DNA of 64,000 bases from Patescibacteria group bacterium UBA2211 (GTDB lineage Bacteria > Patescibacteriota > Minisyncoccia > Minisyncoccales > Minisyncoccaceae): contig DCUP01000006.1 of NCBI GenBank assembly GCA_002327845.1, positions 70,015 through 134,014 on the forward strand, written 5' to 3'. Position 1 is the stretch's first letter; each line of letters opens with the position of its first letter. The position numbers and the translations under genes were made by a program. Positions 44,598 to 55,165 of the stretch are shown piece by piece. Under the pieces are notes generated by a model. It searched no databases and was not told the DNA's origin. It saw nothing but the letters and a program-made list of their open reading frames with translations.

Positions 44598-46010
44598 TTA
44601 ATTACTTAGCCCGTAATTTGATACTACATCACTTCTTAAAACGTCTTTTAATGATTTAAATGAAAAGATAACATCCTGTCTCCCAGCAGCATAAGCAGCA
44701 ACAACATAAGGATCGAAATAGAAAACAATCGTATCTCTATTAAATGTAAATGTTTTAAAATTATCTTCTTTTGCTCCTGCTCCATCTTTTATCCATTCTT
44801 CATCACTAAATTCATTTTCAGTGTTTAGCTTTAATAAATACTGTATTGTTTTATCAGAAATTATCTTTATGTAATTCTTATTAGAATCAAAAATATCAGA
44901 AAGATTGATTATTTTATTATTCTTTAAATCGTAATTAAAGCTCTGAGAATAGCTTATTGCATGAGCACCACCAGTATATTCAGAAATCTCAAATCTAATA
45001 CTTACAAAATCTTTATTAATTTCATATGGTTCATAAAATATTTTCAATGAATTTTCTCCACTCCAAGCATTGGTCCCAGTTACCTTTTCTTTAAATGAGG
45101 AAATAATATTTTCAACAAAAGTACTTATCTCTTCATTAATTTTTCCATCTTCAATTGCTCCAACAAAAGGATACCTTATTTCAACGGTATAATTTTTTCC
45201 AGATTCATTTCGTTTTTCTAAAAATATATAAGGTCTGGTAATTTTAAAAGTATTTTTAATATCTTCTACTCTGGCAACCATACTTAAATAATCTTCTCCC
45301 CATTGTTTATCGCTCCTTGCTGGATCGGTTGAAAAAATAAAAGCAAAAACATCTACAGCATTTCTTCCTAAAAACTCTCCTTCTTTTTTATCTTGTTTCT
45401 CCCAAAAAGAATAAGGTACTACTGATATTTTGAAAAGATTTGGTTCTCCATAGTTAAAAGAAAGATACCTAATTCCATTTTCACCATCTTCTTTTTTTAC
45501 TTGATACTTACCTTCCCAGGCTCTGGGTATTGTTAATGAAAAACCAAATTCCTCATTTTCGTAAACAATTGCATTAACTGTTCCCTTTTCGCATTTTCCA
45601 TTATATAAATCCCAAACATTACAAATATTTCCATTGAAAAAAGAACAATTACCATTCTCTGTATCGTTATTCATTCCGGTACTGTTATATTTTCCTCCTA
45701 AAATAGCACAATATACTGCTGCTTTTGTAATGTATCCTGTTACTCTCAATCCTCCAATAGGACAATCTCCGCTCAATAAAGAATTTACTTCGCATTGTTT
45801 ATTATCTTCAAAAAAACAAACATTATACTCTTTTCCATCGCCCCTTTGTTCTGTTTTAATAGTGCCACCGTTATCCATACAATTCTTAGAGGCTGCATCT
45901 AAATTACTTAATCCAGGAAGATTAGAAGTCTCAAACTTACCTCCCTTATAGAAAAAGAAAACTGTAAGAAGAAATACTATTAAGCCGATGATCAAAGTCT
46001 TTTTATTCAT
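44598..46010 (-). CDS. Secreted or anchored protein: DUF333-like Cys-rich N-domain plus DUF3298/DUF4163-like C-domain
   Basis: CMDNGGT...YNVCFFEDNKQCE repeated motif. C-terminal ...YTGGAHA... motif. Confidence 0.55.
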   Translation of the reverse strand: MNKKTLIIGLIVFLLTVFFFYKGGKFETSNLPGLSNLDAASKNCMDNGGTIKTEQRGDGKEYNVCFFEDNKQCEVNSLLSGDCPIGGLRVTGYITKAAVYCAILGGKYNSTGMNNDTENGNCSFFNGNICNVWDLYNGKCEKGTVNAIVYENEEFGFSLTIPRAWEGKYQVKKEDGENGIRYLSFNYGEPNLFKISVVPYSFWEKQDKKEGEFLGRNAVDVFAFIFSTDPARSDKQWGEDYLSMVARVEDIKNTFKITRPYIFLEKRNESGKNYTVEIRYPFVGAIEDGKINEEISTFVENIISSFKEKVTGTNAWSGENSLKIFYEPYEINKDFVSIRFEISEYTGGAHAISYSQSFNYDLKNNKIINLSDIFDSNKNYIKIISDKTIQYLLKLNTENEFSDEEWIKDGAGAKEDNFKTFTFNRDTIVFYFDPYVVAAYAAGRQDVIFSFKSLKDVLRSDVVSNYGLSN

Positions 46011-46015
46011 ATTGT

Positions 46016-47041
46016 TTAATTTTTAATTTCTATTTTAGCATTTTTAATACTTTCTCTTAATACTTCACTAGAGTTTTCGGATAAAGAATTTAAAAAATCT
46101 TTCTCTTCTTGATCTTCCATTAATTTAGGTTGAGACAATTTATTTACAATCGAATAAAGAGTGTAAACTTTTTTATCTTTGTATATCTCTATTCCTACAC
46201 CCAATCCTTCTTGTGTTTCTTTAGAAAAATATTGATCAAAGATAAAATTACCTAAAGAATAAAATATTAATTTATTCTTATACTGTTCTATATTTTGAAC
46301 AACGTGAGGATGACCACCAATAATCAAATCTACTCCCGCATCAATCATTGCATGAGCTAAGGTCTCCTGTTCTTTGGAACTAATATTTTTGTATTCTGTT
46401 CCCCAATGAATTAAAACAATTAAAAATGTTTCTGGGTTATAAAATTTAATATCTTCAATTTGGTTTACTATTTCTTTATTGGAACAATTATTAGAAAAAG
46501 TAACATTAATTCCATAATATGTAATTCCATCTTTCTGATGAATAAAATCAGAGTCACATTCTATCGGTTCGCCTATAAAAGCAATATCATTTTCCTTTAA
46601 TATATTTTTTGTCTCATCAAAACCCTCCCAATCCATGTTGAGAGTGTGATTATTAGCTAAAGAAACTAAAGAAAAATTTCCTGCTTTTAAAGATTCGACG
46701 GCTTTTTTGTCAAAGGAAAAAGTCAAAGAAGTATCAGAAAAATCTTTAGGATTTTCATTAATTGGACCCTCTAGGTTACCAATAACAAAATCAAAACTAT
46801 TCAAAAAATCTTTAATAAGCTCTATAGGATAACTAAATGATGATTTTTGCATTAACCTTTCAACCCCCCTATCAAACATCATGTCTCCTACAAATAAAAG
46901 ACTTTCTGGCTCGTATTCTGTCTGTTTTGGAGTTTCATCTACCGAAAATATGCTAGCTGGAGCAGCTTCCGGCTTAAAAACCTGACTTCCGCAAAACAAA
47001 AAAATAGCTACGAAAATAATTAATAGTATTTTCCCTTTCAT
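46016..47041 (-). CDS. CapA-family metallophosphatase-like protein
   Basis: LLFVGDMMFDR, LANNH, IHWGTEY, GGHPHVVQ, SLGNFIFDQ. Confidence 0.85.
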   Translation of the reverse strand: MKGKILLIIFVAIFLFCGSQVFKPEAAPASIFSVDETPKQTEYEPESLLFVGDMMFDRGVERLMQKSSFSYPIELIKDFLNSFDFVIGNLEGPINENPKDFSDTSLTFSFDKKAVESLKAGNFSLVSLANNHTLNMDWEGFDETKNILKENDIAFIGEPIECDSDFIHQKDGITYYGINVTFSNNCSNKEIVNQIEDIKFYNPETFLIVLIHWGTEYKNISSKEQETLAHAMIDAGVDLIIGGHPHVVQNIEQYKNKLIFYSLGNFIFDQYFSKETQEGLGVGIEIYKDKKVYTLYSIVNKLSQPKLMEDQEEKDFLNSLSENSSEVLRESIKNAKIEIKN

Positions 47042-47104
47042 GACTCAATTATATCACAAAAAACCTTGAGAGGAAATGATATAAATGGTATATTAAATAA
47101 AAAT

Positions 47105-47956
47105 ATGAAACAAGAATTACTAATATTACCATTTGATCATCGCTCTTCTTTTTTAAAAGATATCCTTGGCATAACAACAAAGCCAAATAAAGAACAAATC
47201 GATGAAGTCAAGGAACTTAAAAAAATGATTTTTGATGGTTTTCTCTTGGCTGCCGACAAAGAAAAGTCATTTGGTATTCTTGTTGATGAAGAATATGGCG
47301 AAGATATTTTAAGAGAAGCTAAAAAAAGAAAAATTATTACTTGTCTACCAGTCGAAAAAAGTGGAGAAAAATTATTAAAACTGAACTATTCAAAAAAATT
47401 CGAAGAACATATTGATAAATTCAATCCTGACTTCGTGAAGATATTAATCAGATACAACCCTTTAAATAAAAAAGATAACCAAAAACAATTAAAAGTTCTT
47501 TCTCAAATTGACGCTTTTTGTCAAAAAAGAAAATACAAAGTTATTTTAGAACTTCTAGTTCCTCCAACAAAAGAAGAATTGAATATTAAAAACTACGAAA
47601 AAGACATTAGAGCAATAAGAACAATAGGAGCTATTAATGAAATAAAAGAAAAAATCGAAGTCAGTATTTGGAAGCTAGAAGGATTTGAAAAAGATCAATG
47701 GAAAGAAGTAATTAAGGAAACAAACAAAAATAGTAAAATAATATTTTTAGGACGAGGAGAAGATAAAAAGAAAGTAACAAAATGGATGAAAGCTGCATCT
47801 GGCCATAAAGAGATTATTGGGTTTGCTATTGGTAGGACCATATTCCTTGAAACTCTTAAAAAGTATTTCTCGAAAAAAATATCAAGAGAAGTGGCAGTAA
47901 AGTCAATAAGTAAAAACTTTAAAGAATTTATTGATTTATGGAGAAAGGGAGAATAA
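47105..47956 (+). CDS. Class I aldolase-like TIM-barrel protein (DUF2090/LacD-like)
   Basis: LILPFDHRSSF and KLEG motifs. The ORF-track TTG start at 47066 is less likely than the ATG at 47105. Confidence 0.45.
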   Translation: MKQELLILPFDHRSSFLKDILGITTKPNKEQIDEVKELKKMIFDGFLLAADKEKSFGILVDEEYGEDILREAKKRKIITCLPVEKSGEKLLKLNYSKKFEEHIDKFNPDFVKILIRYNPLNKKDNQKQLKVLSQIDAFCQKRKYKVILELLVPPTKEELNIKNYEKDIRAIRTIGAINEIKEKIEVSIWKLEGFEKDQWKEVIKETNKNSKIIFLGRGEDKKKVTKWMKAASGHKEIIGFAIGRTIFLETLKKYFSKKISREVAVKSISKNFKEFIDLWRKGE

Positions 47957-49035
47957 AAACATATAAAGAAAAATTTGTTCCGGTTGAATTCCCTAAAGAC
48001 GAACAAAAACATGACCATATAATTGAATGGTGGTATTTCAATGGAAATCTTAAATCAAAGGATGGACAAAACTTTTCATACATGAACTGCCTTTTTGCTG
48101 CCAATCCCAAAAAGGTTAATATTCCTTTTTTAAAAAATAGCTTAATGAAGCAATTGTTTTTCTCTCATTATCTATTGAGTGATAATAAAAACAATTTCAA
48201 AAACATAACTAATCCTATATCTATTATTGATAAAAATAGCTTTACTAAGCCCCTTTTATGGGTTAATTATGATAATTCCTGTTTAATCGAAGAAATATCT
48301 CCCTTCAAGTATCACATAGTTAATGATTTTATCGACCTTGTTCTAGAATCACAAAAAAAACCTCTTTTATTAAATAAAAGTGGCTTTTTAGATTTAAAAG
48401 TCAAAACAACTTATTATTATTCTTTAACAAATCTTAAAACGTCTGGAATTATAAAACAAAAAGGTAGATGGATTCCCGTTAGTGGACTATCATGGATGGA
48501 CCATCAGTGGGCTCAAACTCCTCTAACCAATGACGATAAGTGGAGATGGTTCTCTATACAATTAAATAATGGTTGCGATATTATCTGCTTTGCTTATGGA
48601 GATAAAATAAAAACCAACCATGCTAGCATGATTGATAAAAATAATATTATTAAAACAACAGATAATGTTGAAATAATTCCTGGAAAAATAAATTATAAAA
48701 ACAAAATGACTGGGAGCGAATACTGTTTAGAATATGAAATTAAAATACCAAATTTTGGTTTAGAAATAAAAACAACCCCCTTTAAGAAAGATCAAGAAAT
48801 GGTATTTGAAACAATTAAATACTGGGAAGGTGGAATAGGAATAGAAGGAAAAATGTATGGAAAAAAAGTCCAAGGAAAAGGATTTTGTGAATTAGTAACC
48901 TCTAAAAGAACAAATCTTATTGAGTATGCGGTTAAAAAAGCCAAAGAAAATCCTATTGAAAACATCAAAAATATTTCTAATATTTCTATTAAGTCAATTT
49001 ATCTCTTAAATGAAAAAAGGGGTAAAAAAGGCTAA
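47938..49035 (+). CDS. AttH/CrtC-like lipocalin-fold protein (carotenoid 1,2-hydratase family-like)
   Basis: HDHIIEWWYFNGNL...G..FSYM and WMDHQW motifs. Confidence 0.5.
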   Translation: MEKGRIKTYKEKFVPVEFPKDEQKHDHIIEWWYFNGNLKSKDGQNFSYMNCLFAANPKKVNIPFLKNSLMKQLFFSHYLLSDNKNNFKNITNPISIIDKNSFTKPLLWVNYDNSCLIEEISPFKYHIVNDFIDLVLESQKKPLLLNKSGFLDLKVKTTYYYSLTNLKTSGIIKQKGRWIPVSGLSWMDHQWAQTPLTNDDKWRWFSIQLNNGCDIICFAYGDKIKTNHASMIDKNNIIKTTDNVEIIPGKINYKNKMTGSEYCLEYEIKIPNFGLEIKTTPFKKDQEMVFETIKYWEGGIGIEGKMYGKKVQGKGFCELVTSKRTNLIEYAVKKAKENPIENIKNISNISIKSIYLLNEKRGKKG

Positions 49036-50390
49036 AAATGAGCCAAACCTCTTTCTTTCCATTTACCATTAACAAAAACAAAGTAACCAATAGCAACTGC
49101 TATCGTATTTGCTATTGGAAAAGACAAACAAATTCCCACAAACCCTAAAATACCAGACAAAACAAAGGCTATCGGTATTCTTAAAACCCAGAGAGAAATA
49201 ATAGCTAAAAACATGGAGGTTTTTGTATCTCCTGCCCCATTAAATGTTCCATTAAATATTTGTTGCAAGCTTAAAAATCCAAAGAATAACGACATGATTC
49301 TAAGATAAATAACGCTTTCGGCTATAACGGCTGGGTCATTAGGAACAAAAAGGATTGAAATCTCCCTAGCAAAACAAAACGATAATACCCCTAAAAAGGT
49401 CATAACCCAAAACGACATTTTAGCCACTGACTTAGTAATAAATTCTGCTCTTTCAAAATTACCATAGCCAACGCTTCTTCCTATCATGACCGAGGTAGCC
49501 ATCATAAATGACATTGAAACAACCATAATTAATCCTAATATTTCTCCTCCAATACCATAAGCGGCAATACTGGTTGTTCCTAGTTTAGCAACCATAAAAG
49601 TAATAAATACAAATCCCATTGATCGAGAAAATTGTTCCATGGAACTAGGAATTCCAACTCTTAAAATCTTCTTCATCTTTTTTAAATTAATCTTAAAGTT
49701 TTCCCTTTTCAGGATAATACCACTTTTTCCTTTTAAGATAATATACCCAGCTATCATCGTATTAATTACTTCACAAAAAATAGTTGATACTGCTGCCCCT
49801 TCAGTTCCCATTTGAGGGATAAAACCAAAACCAAAGATAAAAATAGGATCTATTAAAAAATTAATAAAAACTGTAATTAATATGATATAGACTGGAGTTT
49901 TTACATCTCCTATTGCTCTCATTAATGATTGATAAAGAGCGAAAGCAAAAATAAAAATAGTACTAACAAAGAAAAGCTGTAAATAAGAAATAATACCAAA
50001 AGGAATGAGTTGCTCGGCTCCAATCATTTTGACTAAAAATGGAGAAATAAAATATCCTAAAATTGATAACAACAAAGAAACGGCAATCATTAATAAAATC
50101 AACTGAGCTGAAATTAAATTTATCTTATCTTGATCTTCTTTTCCCTTATGGTGAGAAATTAAAATAGTTCCCGATATAAACAATCCTGCCCCCAAAGAAA
50201 TAATAAGAAAAACTATCGAGGAACAGATGGAAACAGCTGCCAAACTCTCAGAATTCAATCTTCCCAACCAAAAAGCATCAGTAATAGAATATGCTGATTG
50301 TAAAAAGTTGGCGATAGCAATAGGGATAGACAGCTTAAAAAACTGTCTCCATATTGATTCCTCATTAATTTTTCTTTTTTTCTCTTCCAT
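49032..50390 (-). CDS. MATE family efflux transporter
   Basis: 12 TM segments. 452 aa. Typical MATE N-terminus (...PIAIANFLQSAYSITDAFWLGRL). Confidence 0.85.
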   Translation of the reverse strand: MEEKKRKINEESIWRQFFKLSIPIAIANFLQSAYSITDAFWLGRLNSESLAAVSICSSIVFLIISLGAGLFISGTILISHHKGKEDQDKINLISAQLILLMIAVSLLLSILGYFISPFLVKMIGAEQLIPFGIISYLQLFFVSTIFIFAFALYQSLMRAIGDVKTPVYIILITVFINFLIDPIFIFGFGFIPQMGTEGAAVSTIFCEVINTMIAGYIILKGKSGIILKRENFKINLKKMKKILRVGIPSSMEQFSRSMGFVFITFMVAKLGTTSIAAYGIGGEILGLIMVVSMSFMMATSVMIGRSVGYGNFERAEFITKSVAKMSFWVMTFLGVLSFCFAREISILFVPNDPAVIAESVIYLRIMSLFFGFLSLQQIFNGTFNGAGDTKTSMFLAIISLWVLRIPIAFVLSGILGFVGICLSFPIANTIAVAIGYFVFVNGKWKERGLAHF

Positions 50391-50403
50391 AATAATTTTA
50401 AAA

Positions 50404-50429
50404 AATCAAAAGGCTAGGTCGCCCTAGCC
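50404..50429 (-). terminator. Terminator after the SIMPL paralog
   Basis: GGCTAGG-gcga-CCTAGCC followed by TTTTGATTTTTT on the minus strand. Confidence 0.75.
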
Positions 50430-50450
50430 CCATACTTTAACTTTAAAGAT

Positions 50451-51182
50451 TTACTTTAATGAAAACGAAGCTTTGACGGTAATCATGATTTGTTTTTCCA
50501 CTGTAGAGGTATCGTAATTTCCATAATCAGAAATGTCAATTGAGTTTGGTTGCATCACTTGAACTACGCCCATACTGGCTGATTTTAAGGTACCGACTTT
50601 CTTTCCAGTACTTTTTGCAATACTCTCAGCTCTTGCTTGAGCATCTTTCATTGCCTCAGGTAAAAGCGTTACTCTCATTTCTGGTAGCTTGGTATAATAA
50701 TATTCAGGAGAATATGCGGAGAAGATAACGCCTTGATCAATTATGGTTTGAATATTTTTTGAAATAGTCTGTATTTTTGCAATATCTGAAGATTGAACAG
50801 TTACATTTTGAATTAGAGAATATTCAGTTGGAGTGCCAACACCTTTATCGTAGTTATATTGTTCCTGCATTGATACTGGAGAAATAGTCAGTTCGGCATC
50901 TGTAATGCCACTATCTTTTAAAAACTTTAGCACTATAGCTTCATCAGCTTTCATTTGGGAGTAACCGATCTTTAGATTAGAAGAATAAACAGTTCTTGAA
51001 AAACTACTATTCCATTTAACGCTATCTGCTGTGACAGATTGTTTAGCTGAACCAGTTACACTCAATGAGTTATCTGCCGCTTTAATTTGATATAGAGAAA
51101 AAGAAATAATACTAACTCCAATAATTAGAAAAATTCCTAAAATTATCGAAGTTTTAATTAGGCTCTTTTCTAAAATTTCCAT
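50451..51182 (-). CDS. SIMPL/DUF541-domain envelope protein (second copy)
   Basis: N-terminal TM. EAMKDAQARAESIAKSTGKKVG motif. Confidence 0.65.
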   Translation of the reverse strand: MEILEKSLIKTSIILGIFLIIGVSIISFSLYQIKAADNSLSVTGSAKQSVTADSVKWNSSFSRTVYSSNLKIGYSQMKADEAIVLKFLKDSGITDAELTISPVSMQEQYNYDKGVGTPTEYSLIQNVTVQSSDIAKIQTISKNIQTIIDQGVIFSAYSPEYYYTKLPEMRVTLLPEAMKDAQARAESIAKSTGKKVGTLKSASMGVVQVMQPNSIDISDYGNYDTSTVEKQIMITVKASFSLK

Positions 51183-51242
51183 AATTTTTTTTCTTTATTA
51201 TTGTTATACTTTAATAATAACACCATTCAATCTTTTGTAAAG

Positions 51243-52598
51243 TTATATCTCGTAAAACTCTTTATATTTAGGAATTATTGAATCCCCCTTACTAATCCCA
51301 TCTAATGCTTGAGCAAAAGACAAGCTAGATTCTTCTTCTCCGTGAATTATGAATATCTTCTTGGGAAATGGCTTATTAATCGCCTCTATCCAGTTGACTA
51401 AAAAAGTCCTATCTCCATGAGAAGAAAAAGCAAAAATACTTTTTGTTTCTGCCTTAACTTTTATCTTTGCTCTATCTATTTCAATAAATTTTTCTCCTTG
51501 TAAAAGATTTGATCCCAACGATCCTTTTGGTTGGAAGGAAATTATTAGTAAAGTATTTGCAGAATTGCCTAAGTATTTTTTTAAATAACCTTTAATTTTT
51601 CCACCTTCAAACATTCCACTTCCAGCAAGAATTATTTTTGGTGGCATTGTTTTATCAACTTTTCCGGCTTGAGCTTCATTTCTGATTACCTCTAATCCTT
51701 CAAAATCAAATAAATCATCTCCCTTAGAAATTAATTCTTTTGATTCTTTATCATAAAAATCGGCATACTGTTTATATATCCCCGTAGCTTTTATAGCTAA
51801 AGGACTATCTAGAAACACTGATATGTCTCCCACTTTTCCATTTTCTATAAAATCATTTAATGTATAAAGTAATTCTTGAGTTCTTTCTAGTGCAAAAACT
51901 GGAATCATTAATACCCCTCCCTTTTTAATTGTTTCTTGAATTGTTTGCCTCAATACTTCTATTCCCTGCTCTTTAGATTCATGTAATCTATCTCCATAAG
52001 TAGACTCTACAAAAACAGCATCGGCTCCAGATATAAACTCCGGATCATTAACAATTGGTGCTGGAGGGTTACCTAAATCTCCTGAAAAAACAAGTTTCTT
52101 TTCTTTTCCTTTATCATTTATCCAAACCTCAAAAATAGATGATCCTAAAATATGTCCAGAATCTCTCATCCTTATTCTTACATTTTCATTAATACTTTTT
52201 TCTTCTCCATATTTTAAACAAGTAAAAAAGTTTCCTAATGATAAAATATCGCTCTCTGTAAAAAGGGGGGCACAAAAAAGACGCCCCTCAATCTGAGCAA
52301 CCTTAAGAGCATCTAAAAGTATTATTTCTGTTAAATCTCTAGTTGGAGCCGTAGAATATACTCTACCGCAAAATCCTTCAGCAAAAAGCTTGGGTAATCT
52401 TCCACAATGATCAAGATGAGCATGCGTCAAAAGAACAAAGTCTATTTCTTTCGGATCAAAAGAAAAATCTTCTAAATTTTTATTAGAACTATTTCCTTGA
52501 AACATTCCGCAATCAACTAAAAATTTAGTTTCACCAGATTCAATTAATATGCAAGAACCAGTTACTTCTCGACAGGCACCATTAAAAGATATTTTCAT
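51243..52598 (-). CDS. Metallo-beta-lactamase / beta-CASP family RNA-metabolising hydrolase
   Basis: LTHAHLDHCG, beta-CASP-like layout, C-terminal HGE. Confidence 0.8.
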   Translation of the reverse strand: MKISFNGACREVTGSCILIESGETKFLVDCGMFQGNSSNKNLEDFSFDPKEIDFVLLTHAHLDHCGRLPKLFAEGFCGRVYSTAPTRDLTEIILLDALKVAQIEGRLFCAPLFTESDILSLGNFFTCLKYGEEKSINENVRIRMRDSGHILGSSIFEVWINDKGKEKKLVFSGDLGNPPAPIVNDPEFISGADAVFVESTYGDRLHESKEQGIEVLRQTIQETIKKGGVLMIPVFALERTQELLYTLNDFIENGKVGDISVFLDSPLAIKATGIYKQYADFYDKESKELISKGDDLFDFEGLEVIRNEAQAGKVDKTMPPKIILAGSGMFEGGKIKGYLKKYLGNSANTLLIISFQPKGSLGSNLLQGEKFIEIDRAKIKVKAETKSIFAFSSHGDRTFLVNWIEAINKPFPKKIFIIHGEEESSLSFAQALDGISKGDSIIPKYKEFYEI

Positions 52599-53053
52599 TA
52601 TTGTTCTTTACTATTAAAAATAATCCTTAATCCAATTAAAATTATAATCAACGCCCAAACAATTCCCCAGTTAATAATTGAAAATGGATTAAAATCAAAA
52701 ATTTGCTCGAAAAGAATATCTAGCCCTATAAAAATAATAATCAATCCTATGATATTCTTAATATTTACAATCCAATTTCTATTTTTCTTTATTTCTTCGG
52801 CAAGTTGTTGGGTTTTCTCCCGCGTTCCACTAATCACTTCTCCAATATTTTTATTGGCCTTTCCTTCACTATTAGGAATCAATATAGCCAAAATTAAATA
52901 AATAATAATTCCTGAACCACCAGTAAAAGTTAAAAGAACAAATAAAATCCTAACAATTAAAGGATCTATTTCGAAATACTCGCCCAGTCCTCCACAGACT
53001 CCAAAAATAATACTATTAGTCTTTGAGCGATAAAGTTTCTTTGTGTTATTCAT
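52598..53053 (-). CDS. PspC-domain membrane protein
   Basis: LYRSKTNSIIFGVCGGLGEYFEIDPLIVRILFVLL. Confidence 0.8.
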   Translation of the reverse strand: MNNTKKLYRSKTNSIIFGVCGGLGEYFEIDPLIVRILFVLLTFTGGSGIIIYLILAILIPNSEGKANKNIGEVISGTREKTQQLAEEIKKNRNWIVNIKNIIGLIIIFIGLDILFEQIFDFNPFSIINWGIVWALIIILIGLRIIFNSKEQ

Positions 53054-53102
53054 TTTAAAGTTTTAAATTATTATTATTTATTATACCATAAAGTACAAAA
53101 GT

Positions 53103-53124
53103 AAAAAATCGCCGAAGCGATTTC
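53103..53124 (-). terminator. Terminator after the DUF378 gene
   Basis: AATCGC-ttcg-GCGATT followed by T6 on the minus strand. Confidence 0.7.
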
Positions 53125-53136
53125 TTACTTTTATAA

Positions 53137-53331
53137 TTATTCTTTACCCATAAAATAAGCGAAAAGTAGATATAGGGCTGACAATCCGACTAAATCATAT
53201 ATCACGTAAGACAGGCTGCCAAAAAGTGAGGAAACGAGATTAAAACTAAAGAAACCAACCAACCCCCAGTTTAATCCTCCAACAATTACTAATATCAGAG
53301 CAATTAAACCCACAGTGTTTAGTTTTTTCAT
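53137..53331 (-). CDS. DUF378-family small membrane protein
   Basis: GGLNWGLVGFF motif. Two TM segments. 64 aa. Confidence 0.7.
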   Translation of the reverse strand: MKKLNTVGLIALILVIVGGLNWGLVGFFSFNLVSSLFGSLSYVIYDLVGLSALYLLFAYFMGKE

Positions 53332-53376
53332 TTTATTTCTTTTGGTTTATTAAGCGACCTTTGATGTGCTAATAAT

Positions 53377-53405
53377 ATTTTATCTTGCTCCGCTTTTATT
53401 GACAA
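53377..53405 (-). promoter_or_regulatory. Candidate sigma70 promoter of the DUF378 gene
   Basis: TTGTCA (53400-53405), 17 bp, TAAAAT (53377-53382) on the minus strand. Confidence 0.45.
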
Positions 53406-53426
53406 CAAAATTATCCCCAAAAAAAT

Positions 53427-53801
53427 CTAATTTAATGTTTCTATTTTTTCAAGCTTTTTAACTAAAACCTCTCCATTATTTTCTAGCCCTCTAATTTCAA
53501 CTCTGTCTCCAATAGTTAAATCTAAACATGAATTTGTTTCATTTTCACAAATACTATCTTCATTGAAAATTAATTTAACACTATTAGCTGGAGCACCCAC
53601 AGTCTCATATGATAAATACCAAATATTTTCAACAAAACCAGGATTATTAATAATAATATTTCCTTCTTCAATGAAATTTATATTCTCTTTTTCTCCCGTA
53701 GAAGAAAAAAATTGCCAATAAACAAAAAGGCTAATAATTATTAATACTATTACGCTTAAAATTATGATAACTAAAGAAGTTCCCTTATTTGTCTCAATCA
53801 T
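53427..53801 (-). CDS. Membrane-anchored hypothetical protein (124 aa)
   Basis: N-terminal TM, then a small beta-rich domain. No family recognised. Confidence 0.5.
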   Translation of the reverse strand: MIETNKGTSLVIIILSVIVLIIISLFVYWQFFSSTGEKENINFIEEGNIIINNPGFVENIWYLSYETVGAPANSVKLIFNEDSICENETNSCLDLTIGDRVEIRGLENNGEVLVKKLEKIETLN

Positions 53802-53811
53802 GTTATTTTAT

Positions 53812-54627
53812 TTATGGCTGAAGAATATCTTCTGTTCTCCCGTTTATACTAATTATTACATTTTTAACCGTAGAAAATTGCATTAAAGTTTGAATAATTT
53901 GCTCTCTAATCGCTAAGACTCGACAAGAACCTCCGACTCCTTGTTCTAAAGTTTCATCAAAATCTATCTTTGCGGTTCCATTGGTAATTGTTAAACCATT
54001 AATCTTCACCCCCTCATTTATACTAGTAAAATATCCTGCTTCTTTTTCTTCCTCACTTAATCCCTTTAATAATTCTTCAATCGTTGCTCTCGCTATTCCT
54101 TCTGTTTTAATGATTTCCCTTTCTATTGGATAGTTATTTTTACAAGAATCGTCTCCTTGTTTTCCGAAATACAAAATAACTTTGACTTTTTCTTGAGAAG
54201 CTTTAACTGGAATACTAAACATTTCTGAATGCTCTGGTAATCCGCTTGGATTTTCATTATAAAAATTTAGAAATACTTCATTTTCTTTAAGAATAGTAAA
54301 ATTTAAGTTTGCTTCGAAAGTAATAGGAAATTTCATAAAATCGGAAGTAGCCATTAAGGGAGCAAGACCCAATATTGTTCCGTCTGACTCAACTAATTCA
54401 ACTCTTCCAACTTGTCCTTCAAAACCAGCCCATTTTCCTCCAGTAACAATTCCTTCAATAAATAGGGGTGATTTAATAATTTGCCCCTCTTTAATATTGC
54501 TTATTTCTATTTCATTGTTAATAATAGCTCCTTCTTTATTCTTTAAAAAATATCCTGTCCAAAAGGCTGCTCCAATTACTAAAAGCAATATTAATCCGAT
54601 AACTAATTGATTGTTTTTTATTGTCAT
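53812..54627 (-). CDS. Membrane-anchored GerMN-domain protein (Ig-like N-domain plus GerMN)
   Basis: ATIEELLKGLSEEEKEAGYFTSI...GTAKIDF...RVLAIREQIIQTL typical of GerMN. Confidence 0.6.
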   Translation of the reverse strand: MTIKNNQLVIGLILLLVIGAAFWTGYFLKNKEGAIINNEIEISNIKEGQIIKSPLFIEGIVTGGKWAGFEGQVGRVELVESDGTILGLAPLMATSDFMKFPITFEANLNFTILKENEVFLNFYNENPSGLPEHSEMFSIPVKASQEKVKVILYFGKQGDDSCKNNYPIEREIIKTEGIARATIEELLKGLSEEEKEAGYFTSINEGVKINGLTITNGTAKIDFDETLEQGVGGSCRVLAIREQIIQTLMQFSTVKNVIISINGRTEDILQP

Positions 54628-55094
54628 ATTGTTTTAAGATTATAATCTAATAATTTATCATTATTCTCAAAAACAAACTTGCCATTAAATTTATCTCCAT
54701 TTAAAAATAATGGTATCCAATAAATATCATCAGCCCACATCTTTTCAAAAGGAATTTCTCTAATATTAAACCATTTTGGGCTCATTTCTTCAGTTTCTGT
54801 TATCTCTCCACTGTATTTCAAGACATCAAAAATGTGAACCTCTAAAAGTTTTCCTGTATCAAGGAAATGAAAAAGAATTATTCCTTTTTCTTCTAATTCT
54901 TCTGCCTTTAATCCTGATTCCTCTTCCATTTCTCTTATCGCCGCCTCAATAATTGTTTCTCCTTCTTCAACCTTACCGCCAAATCCATTCCATCTACCCT
55001 CACCAAATCCTCGTTTCTTCATTCCCAAAAGAATCATTTCGTCTTTTTTAGCAAGACAAAGTGTTAATATTTTTGGTTTCGACAATGTATCCAT
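54624..55094 (-). CDS. NUDIX hydrolase (MutT/MTH1-like)
   Basis: Nudix box GFGGKVEEGETIIEAAIREMEEESGL. Confidence 0.85.
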   Translation of the reverse strand: MDTLSKPKILTLCLAKKDEMILLGMKKRGFGEGRWNGFGGKVEEGETIIEAAIREMEEESGLKAEELEEKGIILFHFLDTGKLLEVHIFDVLKYSGEITETEEMSPKWFNIREIPFEKMWADDIYWIPLFLNGDKFNGKFVFENNDKLLDYNLKTI

Positions 55095-55165
55095 ATATAT
55101 ATCTTAATACAAAATAAATATTAAGACAACTTCCTAAGATTTTAAACTTAAGATATAATCAAAAT

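Noticed and set aside
47695-48110. Minus-strand ORFs 47695..48018 and 47928..48110 across the junction of the two plus-strand genes.
   Set aside because: They are antisense to motif-bearing plus-strand genes, and their translations are low-complexity F/L/S-rich strings.
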